Assembly: GCA_964561995.1 (NCBI GenBank)
Contig: CAZLQZ010000003.1
Location: 5,056 to 69,055, forward strand
Source of the DNA: an uncultured Methanosarcinales archaeon
GTDB lineage: Archaea > Nanobdellota > Nanobdellia > Woesearchaeales > JABIAG01
Length of the DNA stretch: 64,000 nt
Direction of reading: 5' to 3'
The notes under the pieces are model-generated. The model was given only the letters and a program-made list of their open reading frames with translations. It ran no database searches and was not told where the DNA came from. The position numbers were made by a program, and so were the translations under genes. The stretch's first letter is position 1. Each line of letters opens with the position of its first letter. Positions 10,325 through 17,815 of this stretch are shown one piece after another.

Positions 10325-11575
10325 TTACTTTGAACACAAATGGTTAGAATCACAATTTGCCGATTTACAATCCAAATTTATTAAACAATTTTCTCCAATT
10401 TCACATTTAAGACGACATGAACCACCACAATCAACATCGGTTTCGTCACCATCTTTTAAACCAGTATTACAAAAAAGATCCAAACAAATTCCTTCTTTAC
10501 CATACATAGTTTCACAAAAATCAGATTCACAATCTAAATCAATTTCGCATCGTTTTCCATTTTCACATTTAAAACAATGACCTCCACAATCAACATCGGT
10601 TTCATCACCATCTTTTGAACCAGTGTTACAATAATTTTTCATACACTTTTTTTCTTTATCATTTGCAGATATTCCACAAATACTAGATTCACAATCCTGA
10701 CCATTTAAACATTTATTATCGTATTCACATTTATTACATCTATCGCCACCACAGTCAACATCAGTTTCGTCAGGATCTTTGTTACCATTATTACAAAGAC
10801 TTTCACGACAAATTCCAGTTTTATCATTAGACATTTCACAAAAATCAGATTCACAATCTAAATCTATTGAACAATTTTTTCCATTTTCACAGCTATCACA
10901 TTCTTCACCACCACAGTCAACATCAGTTTCATCTTCATTAACTTCACCATCAAAACAACGATGTATATCTAAATCATAACCTTTATACTTACAATAAGAA
11001 ATAAAATATTTAATGCCTTTTTCTTCAGATTTTGAATTCATATCAACAGCTATTGTTTTATGTTCACCGTACAATGAATCAATAATTTCATCATAACTTC
11101 CTTCCTTATCATTAAACTTCAAAGTAAGTACATCGCCAGAATAAATATATTGAGTAGTATCACCATATAAATTAAATATTAATTCGTCCAAATAATTAAT
11201 TTTACATGAAGTTTCGCTATCTTTGCCTTCTTGTTCAAGATATATACAACATTTTAAATCATCAGCGATAGACTCTCTAGAATAAGTTATAAAATAATCT
11301 CCTTCAACTTTTGTTAATTTTTTACATTCCGCATTATTTAATACTGTGACTGAATCGTACTTTTTACCAGAACTTTTAACAATATCTAGTTCATTATATT
11401 CGTCTTTAATTTGAGAACAAAACTTTTTTGTTTTATCTTGAATTTCATTAAGACTTGAGCTTTGTTGGGAAAATGATTTGAAAACAATCAATAAAACAAC
11501 CGATGCAACAATAAGTACCATTACCATTATTACGGCTCCATTCATACTCAAACCAAAACCACCTTTCTTGTTCAT
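10325..11575 (-). CDS. Pilin-like protein with four tandem DETDVDCGG Cys-rich repeats
   Basis: NKKG|GFGLSMN; 4x C..G..D.DETDVDCGG.C..C....C....DC.S..C. Confidence 0.78.
   Translation of the reverse strand: MNKKGGFGLSMNGAVIMVMVLIVASVVLLIVFKSFSQQSSSLNEIQDKTKKFCSQIKDEYNELDIVKSSGKKYDSVTVLNNAECKKLTKVEGDYFITYSRESIADDLKCCIYLEQEGKDSETSCKINYLDELIFNLYGDTTQYIYSGDVLTLKFNDKEGSYDEIIDSLYGEHKTIAVDMNSKSEEKGIKYFISYCKYKGYDLDIHRCFDGEVNEDETDVDCGGEECDSCENGKNCSIDLDCESDFCEMSNDKTGICRESLCNNGNKDPDETDVDCGGDRCNKCEYDNKCLNGQDCESSICGISANDKEKKCMKNYCNTGSKDGDETDVDCGGHCFKCENGKRCEIDLDCESDFCETMYGKEGICLDLFCNTGLKDGDETDVDCGGSCRLKCEIGENCLINLDCKSANCDSNHLCSK
10330..10960 (-). repeat. Intragenic tandem repeats (~50 codons x4)
   Basis: Exact 31-mer TTTCACAAAAATCAGATTCACAATCTAAATC at 10510 and 10834; near-identical CCACAATCAACATCGGTTTC.TCACCATCTTT at ~10425 and ~10584. 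Confidence 0.85.
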
Positions 11576-11634
11576 TATTTAAATAATTGAAGTTTTAATA
11601 TAAATACTTTCTTGTTTAAAAAACTTTTAAAAAA

Positions 11635-12048
11635 TTATTTCCCATCATCTGACCTATATAAACAACAGAGTAAATTATCTTCTTCTACATCTTTTGTTGT
11701 AAATACAGCATAATCAGTTTCTTTTATTCCTTTGTCGTCATCACCAACTTTAACAGAATTTGCTTTTTCTTTAGCTAATACTTGACATTCTGAATCTTTA
11801 AGAACATTAATTGATTGATACCTTATATATTGTTCATCTTCATTTTTTGAAGTTTCATATTTTTTATTTAACTCTTCAACAACTTGAAAACAATACTTAC
11901 TTCTTTTATCCTCAATATTGCCCAAATAACCTGAAAACGATCTCACTCTATTAAATACGGCAGGAATTGTAAAAGCTAATAAGAAAACTAAAACAAGCAT
12001 AATTGCAACCGTTGTAATTGTAAGTGACACGCCTTTATTGTTTATCAT
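11635..12048 (-). CDS. Pilin-like protein, paralog of the N-terminal domain of 10325-11575
   Basis: NNKG|VSLTIT; shares I.DK..K.C.Q...E.N, Y.S..VL...EC..L and D.L.CC.Y with its neighbour. Confidence 0.75.
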   Translation of the reverse strand: MINNKGVSLTITTVAIMLVLVFLLAFTIPAVFNRVRSFSGYLGNIEDKRSKYCFQVVEELNKKYETSKNEDEQYIRYQSINVLKDSECQVLAKEKANSVKVGDDDKGIKETDYAVFTTKDVEEDNLLCCLYRSDDGK

Positions 12049-12106
12049 GATATAAATTTAGAATGAAGATATATAAATATTATTATTTGTAGAAAAATTT
12101 AAAGAA

Positions 12107-12406
12107 TTACGTTGTTGCTGGAATACAACAAACTGATTTACCAAAAATACCCTTACTACATTCAACATTATTAGATTTACAAACATTGGCTCCAACATAC
12201 TGAATGTGTGTTTGTTTATTACATGATACACCACATGAAGTACAATCACCGCCTTTACTTTCACAATCACCAATACCAGTAGTAAATCCGCCAGCTTGTT
12301 CTCTAAATATAAAAATCATAATTAATAAAACTATTAAAGCTAAAACAGCTATAACGATAGTAGAAATCGATAATTCAAATCCTTTATTATTTTTGAATAG
12401 TTTCAT
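12107..12406 (-). CDS. Small type IV pilin-like protein
   Basis: NNKG|FELSISTIVIAVLALIVL; DC.SKGGDC...VCCI. Confidence 0.82.
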   Translation of the reverse strand: MKLFKNNKGFELSISTIVIAVLALIVLLIMIFIFREQAGGFTTGIGDCESKGGDCTSCGVSCNKQTHIQYVGANVCKSNNVECSKGIFGKSVCCIPATT

Positions 12407-12423
12407 TTTAATATAAAAAAAAA

Positions 12424-12714
12424 TTAAACGTTTGCTTCTGGACTAATGCAACAAACTTGTTTTCCATCGCCTGCAGAATTGTCGATTTGTCCACAATCTG
12501 TTCTTGCGGGATATCTTACTATTTGTCCAGTTGAAACTGCATCAACAACATCACAAGAATCGTAACAATCTCCGCCTTTACTTCGACAATCTTTTACTCC
12601 TACAGCAAATCCACCAAATTGACCAGTAAATACTGCGACTAAAACAACTAAAATTAGTAAAGCAATAGCTGCAACAACAATTGTAGTTATTGATAATCCT
12701 TGACCTTTTGACAT
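12424..12714 (-). CDS. Small type IV pilin-like protein, candidate major pilin
   Basis: MSKG|QGLSITTIVVAAIALLIL; GAGGTG SD 6 nt before the ATG at 12714; own TATA box. Confidence 0.82.
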   Translation of the reverse strand: MSKGQGLSITTIVVAAIALLILVVLVAVFTGQFGGFAVGVKDCRSKGGDCYDSCDVVDAVSTGQIVRYPARTDCGQIDNSAGDGKQVCCISPEANV

Positions 12715-12782
12715 TATAGACACCTCATGTTATATTTATAAACTTTTTATCGTGGTTCTAATATATAAATCTTTCTATGATT

Positions 12783-13145
12783 TTAAGAGCAATACTTTTT
12801 AACATTATCATCAGAATTACTTAAATTGGGATTATCTGTACAAAAAAACTTTTGTTTTTCTTCTTCTTCCATTATAACTTGTTCTGGACCAAAACATTCA
12901 GAAGAATATTCATAATAAGATAGTGCGGCAGTATTGTCGTGAAGTTTTGCTTGTAAATTTTTTGAAAAGTCACCCAAATTAGTTTTTGAAATTTCACAAT
13001 ACTTATTACCGGAACCAAGTCCAATAACAGAAGCAAGCCTATCCTTTGTTCCCTTAAAAACAGGAGCAAAAACCATTAAAAGTAATAAAGATATAATTAC
13101 AATTACCGAAAGAGTTAATGTTAAATTAAATCCTTTTTTATTCAT
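12783..13145 (-). CDS. Pilin-like protein
   Basis: NKKG|FNLTLTLSVIVII. Confidence 0.75.
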   Translation of the reverse strand: MNKKGFNLTLTLSVIVIISLLLLMVFAPVFKGTKDRLASVIGLGSGNKYCEISKTNLGDFSKNLQAKLHDNTAALSYYEYSSECFGPEQVIMEEEEKQKFFCTDNPNLSNSDDNVKKYCS

Positions 13146-13291
13146 CTTATATTTTTATACGCTTGAAAAAAGTCGGCAGAGTTAATTAAAAACCAAATTA
13201 CAATAAATAATAATATTCCAAGCATAACCCAAATAATTATGCTTTTCCAAGCAAGATCAAATCCGCCTTTTTTATTATTAAATAATTTCAT
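13142..13291 (-). CDS. 49-aa minimal pilin-like peptide (not in the ORF track)
   Basis: MKLFNNKKG|GFDLAWKSIIIWVMLGILLFIVIWFLINSADFFQAYKNIR*; ATGA overlaps with both neighbours. Confidence 0.8.
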   Translation of the reverse strand: MKLFNNKKGGFDLAWKSIIIWVMLGILLFIVIWFLINSADFFQAYKNIR

Positions 13292-14220
13292 TCTTCAAAC
13301 AACCTCACAGGTATGTGAGTACAATTAATTTCTTTTGTTAGTGTTTCATTAGTATAAGGTCTTAATAAAACTTCCGAATAATGTTCAAAATCTTTAGCAG
13401 CAATTCTTGCTTGAATAGCAGCATAAGCTCCACCACCAATCACCAGTAATGTACCAACGCCTGCCGTAACCAAACCAACTGTAGCACCAATTCCAGTAGC
13501 AGAAGCACCCAATCCACCCTTAATAAAAAAAACTCCAGTTGCTACAGCAATTCCTGCCCCAGTTATCGCAGTTGCTGCCCCAACAACCATAGTTCCACCA
13601 GCAGCAGCAAATTGTGGACTTCTTTTTATATAATTTGACAACAAATCTTGTCCTTTAATATCTACGAAAATGACAGCATACCTTTCATCATCATTAAATA
13701 TCATTTTTTCATTGACAGATTCACGAGAAATTGCTTGCTCATAGTCTTGAACAATTTTGGCGTCTTGACTTTCAAAATCTTGTAAATAACTTAAATAGCT
13801 ATATCCTTTGCCAGGAACATAAGCGTCAACAAGGTATTTTCTAAATGCAGTAACTTCTTTAGTTTCTTCAGCTTCAATTATAGAACAAACTGAACAAAAG
13901 ACACCATCACCATTAAATAAATTCAATTTTCCTTCACCATACAGGTCCCAACATTCTCGCATTTCTTCTGCTAATTGTCCTTTAACTTTTTGTTCATTTC
14001 CTTTAAGAGTAATTTTATTTGCAGGACACTTGATTTCTTCAACTTTAGCTTTTAGACCATTATCCAATAATTTAGCATGAGTTTGTACACTAGTTTTACA
14101 AGTTCTATACCTTGTTGCCTCTTGAATGGTATCAGTAACAGTATAAACTAAAACTCCTAACAATGACAATATAATTAGAAAAAATATAACTTGTACCAAT
14201 TTGTTTTGAATAAATTCCAT
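13288..14220 (-). CDS. Membrane-anchored pilin-cluster protein with a long Gly/Ala-rich hydrophobic segment
   Basis: N-terminal TM; CK..V...CPA...EM.ECW..YGEGKLN...CSVCS, shared with 14224-15033. Confidence 0.72.
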   Translation of the reverse strand: MEFIQNKLVQVIFFLIILSLLGVLVYTVTDTIQEATRYRTCKTSVQTHAKLLDNGLKAKVEEIKCPANKITLKGNEQKVKGQLAEEMRECWDLYGEGKLNLFNGDGVFCSVCSIIEAEETKEVTAFRKYLVDAYVPGKGYSYLSYLQDFESQDAKIVQDYEQAISRESVNEKMIFNDDERYAVIFVDIKGQDLLSNYIKRSPQFAAAGGTMVVGAATAITGAGIAVATGVFFIKGGLGASATGIGATVGLVTAGVGTLLVIGGGAYAAIQARIAAKDFEHYSEVLLRPYTNETLTKEINCTHIPVRLFEE

Positions 14221-14223
14221 TTT

Positions 14224-15033
14224 TTAGTTTTCTAATGTATTACACACATCATTTATCTTTTCAGGTTCAATAAAAGCCATTTTTGAATATGTATCGTGAT
14301 TTGAAAATCCAAATGCAGCAGTCATGATTGTACCCCAAAAACCAGCATCTTTACCGCCCAAGTCCTTATTTACTACAAAGACATTAAGTAAATAATAAGT
14401 TTTTCCTTGTTTTAAATTTAAATTCCAGGGGTCAATAATTGCATCTTCAGCTTTACTAAACCAACCATCAAACCATAATTCTTTGTAACTTAACTTTTCA
14501 ATTCCATAAAAAGGTAAATTGTTTTTAAAAATAATTCCTGGTTCTAAAAAATCCCTATTTTTGTCATCTATTGAAAGATAAGTGTTTAAAGGGCCTTGCA
14601 TAACAAGTGATGAAAAAGAATTATCAGGCATTTTGAATTGTGAACAAACATAACAATGCGTTTTTCTTTTAGAATATTCACCCGGCAAAGGGTTTAGTTT
14701 TCCTTCACCAAACTTATCCCAACAATCAACCATTTCATCAGCCATTAACACTGCCATTTCTTTTTTAGCCCTATCTTCATTAGAACTCAAATCAATAGTA
14801 CCCAAATCTTTAGCAGGACATTTAGCATAAACAAAATCTTTATCATCCAAATATTTAGAAAACTCTGATGCTTTTAAAACTTCCAACTTACATTTCTTAC
14901 TATCTGTTTGACTTTCAGTATGTACTCTTAATTCATTTAAAAAAACAAACAAAATAGCAAAAATAAAAAGAGATATAATTATCACAACTAATGTTGTTTG
15001 CGTTAAAGTTACTCCTTTTTTGTTTTTTATCAT
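14224..15033 (-). CDS. Pilin-like protein, paralog of 13288-14220
   Basis: MIKNKKG|VTLTQT; CPA...EMVDCWDKFGEGKLN...CYVCS; start reset to the ATG at 15033. Confidence 0.75.
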   Translation of the reverse strand: MIKNKKGVTLTQTTLVVIIISLFIFAILFVFLNELRVHTESQTDSKKCKLEVLKASEFSKYLDDKDFVYAKCPAKDLGTIDLSSNEDRAKKEMAVLMADEMVDCWDKFGEGKLNPLPGEYSKRKTHCYVCSQFKMPDNSFSSLVMQGPLNTYLSIDDKNRDFLEPGIIFKNNLPFYGIEKLSYKELWFDGWFSKAEDAIIDPWNLNLKQGKTYYLLNVFVVNKDLGGKDAGFWGTIMTAAFGFSNHDTYSKMAFIEPEKINDVCNTLEN

Positions 15034-15034
15034 T

Positions 15035-15127
15035 TTATACAATATTATTTACAATTACTATTAAAAGTACGAAAAATATGATTAACAAAATCAAATACAA
15101 TAATGTTTTTAATGTTGGGGATAGCAT
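15035..15127 (-). CDS. 30-aa single-TM micro-protein (not in the ORF track)
   Basis: MLSPTLKTLLYLILLIIFFVLLIVIVNNIV*; fills the gap exactly, with TAA-A-ATG junctions on both sides. Confidence 0.6.
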   Translation of the reverse strand: MLSPTLKTLLYLILLIIFFVLLIVIVNNIV

Positions 15128-15128
15128 T

Positions 15129-15689
15129 TTAACATACCTTTAATATTATCTCTACTGCTCCTTTATCGGACGTAAATATAAATGTATCTGCGTAAACCTT
15201 TCTTGCACGCTCACAACCAGTTACATCCGGTTCGAAGTTATAAGTTGTTTTATTAATCAAACAACCATCTCTCATTCTAATCTCAAATTCATAGTTTATC
15301 TTGCTTTCTTCTAAACTGTTTTTTAATATTTGCGTTATTGCACCATCTATTGGATTAAATAATTCATAATAACTATTAGTATATGAAGTACATTGAATTT
15401 GATCATAAGCATTTTCTGCATAAGCACATTTTTGAGGGTAAGTATCACTATAAGTTAAATGTGAAGCCACATCATTAATTAAAATTTCAACTCTTTGATT
15501 TTTACAATCAGTAGTCGTATCTTTCATAGTATTCAATATCTTAGTAGGAAGTTGCTTAAATAAAAAATCCTCAGCAATTTCTTGTTTTTCGTCTGAAAAT
15601 TTAATAAATAAAAGTAAACCAAGCATAAAAAGCACCATAATTATTGCTAATCCAAATATTTCCAATTGTCCTTTTTTATTGTTATTCAT
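15129..15689 (-). CDS. Pilin-like protein
   Basis: NKKG|QLEIFGLAII. Confidence 0.78.
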   Translation of the reverse strand: MNNNKKGQLEIFGLAIIMVLFMLGLLLFIKFSDEKQEIAEDFLFKQLPTKILNTMKDTTTDCKNQRVEILINDVASHLTYSDTYPQKCAYAENAYDQIQCTSYTNSYYELFNPIDGAITQILKNSLEESKINYEFEIRMRDGCLINKTTYNFEPDVTGCERARKVYADTFIFTSDKGAVEIILKVC

Positions 15690-16288
15690 GAATATGCCTC
15701 AATAATTAACCAACCAAAATAACTAAGTTCTGGAACGCATCGTTTATCCAACAATGTTAAAGGAAAGTAAAATGTTTTTTTACTTTGTAATCCCGAACTA
15801 AAATCAAATAAAACTTTTTCTGGAACTGTTATGGTTGTATCAGTTGGATTTAATGCAAAAAACGCAGGTGCTTTTGTGTTACAATTATCTTCATCGAATG
15901 CTGGACTATAAACCCATCGAATTATTACTTTAGTATTTCCAAACTCTTCCCGATAATACCTCGGCCTAAACCGTACATTATCAACAAAACTCTGAAGTTT
16001 TTGAATTTCAAAACAATCTTTTGTTACATCTGAATTAATAGAACATTCCAATTCAGGAGTAAACAATACTTTTCGTGCAATTTCAGTTGCTTTTTGCTCA
16101 TTTAAAGTACTTGTTAACCTTTCTAATTTAGAAGCTTGAAAATTCGAATAAATACTAACTCCGATAATTAATAGAATAAAAAATACAAACAACACAACTG
16201 TTGATTCCATTAATTGAAGTTGGCCTTTCTTAGAAATCTTTGATTTCTGAGATACAAAAAATTTAATATGCTTAGTTGGGATTTTCAT
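15686..16288 (-). CDS. Pilin-like protein
   Basis: SKKG|QLQLMESTVVLFVFF; start reset to the ATG at 16288. Confidence 0.76.
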   Translation of the reverse strand: MKIPTKHIKFFVSQKSKISKKGQLQLMESTVVLFVFFILLIIGVSIYSNFQASKLERLTSTLNEQKATEIARKVLFTPELECSINSDVTKDCFEIQKLQSFVDNVRFRPRYYREEFGNTKVIIRWVYSPAFDEDNCNTKAPAFFALNPTDTTITVPEKVLFDFSSGLQSKKTFYFPLTLLDKRCVPELSYFGWLIIEAYS

Positions 16289-16289
16289 T

Positions 16290-17315
16290 TTAATATATGG
16301 TTGCGCAAGACTTTCTTGCAAGTTTTCTATTTGTGTTTTCTAATATAAATTTACTATTTTGTAATTCATCAGTATCAATTAAATTAGAATAAAAAGTATC
16401 AAAAGCATCTAAATTTGGCAATATTTCAGTTTCTAAATCAGATTTACAATAAGTTCCCCTTACTACATTACCCCAATCATCATTACTATAATAATCAATA
16501 AAATAATTGGTTTTACCGACTAAGACTTTTGATGTTAGTCTCGATTTAAAAAATGCTTTTTTCATGTTACATTCAAATAAAGCAGCATCTTCAGAAAATA
16601 TTGCTCCTAAAATGGAATCTTTAACAAAATAAGGAAAACCATCGGGAAAATTGACCGTTTTATCGGGCCTACCATTATTAAAGAAAAATAATCCGGATTG
16701 ATTAATACAAATTTCGTGAGGTTTATTTTCAGAAGTACACTCGCCAATTTTAAAAAAAACATGCCTTACAAAATTAAAAGATGTGGGTTCTATTTGTGTA
16801 ACTATTCTTGAATCTTTATATCTTTGAGGAATCATGGAATAAACTTCACCACATAAACCATTACAATTAGCCGGAAAAACTATTTTTTCACCAGGAACAG
16901 CTAAATAAAGAAAATTTGCAGCATGGAATGGAATATCCCAACTTGAAGCAAATGAAATCAATTCAGTTGCTTGTAAATTTCTTATTGAAAATAAAGGTTG
17001 AGTATTAAAATCAATTGAAGCTTCAGAACTTTTTAAAGATAAAGAACTATCACAACCAATCAAATCAGAACAAGGTTCAGCACAATCATAAACAAAATGT
17101 TTATTTGAAATTTGAACTGTTGAAGAAGTATCAGTTGAAACAGATTTACCAATTAATAAATCTTCCATATCCTTAAGAATTCTCATTTCTAATTCTTTTT
17201 CTGTAATTTTTGTTTGAGCATTGATTATATTAAAAAAAAACATCATAATTACTGCTCCCGCAATGAGTACAAATACCCAATTAAAAACCACAGGAGTTAA
17301 GGCCTTAGAATTCAT
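16290..17315 (-). CDS. Pilin-like protein
   Basis: NSKA|LTPVVFNWVFVLIAGAVI. Confidence 0.72.
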   Translation of the reverse strand: MNSKALTPVVFNWVFVLIAGAVIMMFFFNIINAQTKITEKELEMRILKDMEDLLIGKSVSTDTSSTVQISNKHFVYDCAEPCSDLIGCDSSLSLKSSEASIDFNTQPLFSIRNLQATELISFASSWDIPFHAANFLYLAVPGEKIVFPANCNGLCGEVYSMIPQRYKDSRIVTQIEPTSFNFVRHVFFKIGECTSENKPHEICINQSGLFFFNNGRPDKTVNFPDGFPYFVKDSILGAIFSEDAALFECNMKKAFFKSRLTSKVLVGKTNYFIDYYSNDDWGNVVRGTYCKSDLETEILPNLDAFDTFYSNLIDTDELQNSKFILENTNRKLARKSCATIY

Positions 17316-17815
17316 CTTGTCAATGGTTGAATTTTCGTTGCGTCACCCAAACCTTCCATCTTAACTTCAATTTTACCATACTTAGTTTCATAACAAGTGT
17401 AATTATCGTCGTTAATACTAGTGAAATTTCCAATTTTAACACTTCCTAAATCAAATGCTTCTAAAACAAAACCGCCCTTTCCTAATAAAAATAAATTTTT
17501 GTTTGGAGATTCTCCTTCATAAGCTTGTAAAGCATAAGGCACTAAATTTCTATAAAAACTACAATCACTACAAGAAGTAATAAAACAAACTTGTTCGATT
17601 TTACTAGGAACATTATAAGAAAACACTTCAGAAGTACCCCTTAATCTTCTTACAGAATCTACATCTTCAAATATTTTATTAGTTAATTTAACCAAGGACA
17701 CATCATCAGAAGTTGAAAATATTGCGGCAATTCCTTTAAAAGATATTAAAAACATTAATCCTATTACTAAAGCAATTAAAATAAAAATAAATACTGTTGA
17801 TGTTTGTGCTTTCAT
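17312..17815 (-). CDS. Pilin-like protein
   Basis: MKA|QTSTVFIFILIALVIG. Confidence 0.76.
   Translation of the reverse strand: MKAQTSTVFIFILIALVIGLMFLISFKGIAAIFSTSDDVSLVKLTNKIFEDVDSVRRLRGTSEVFSYNVPSKIEQVCFITSCSDCSFYRNLVPYALQAYEGESPNKNLFLLGKGGFVLEAFDLGSVKIGNFTSINDDNYTCYETKYGKIEVKMEGLGDATKIQPLTR

Noticed and set aside
10330..10960. Spaced direct repeats as a possible CRISPR array or DGR template/variable repeat
   Set aside because: In-frame protein repeats with ~150-nt period; no cas genes or reverse transcriptase in the window.
3993..17815. Archaellum operon or provirus
   Set aside because: No archaellin, FlaH/I/J, integrase, capsid or terminase motifs recognised.
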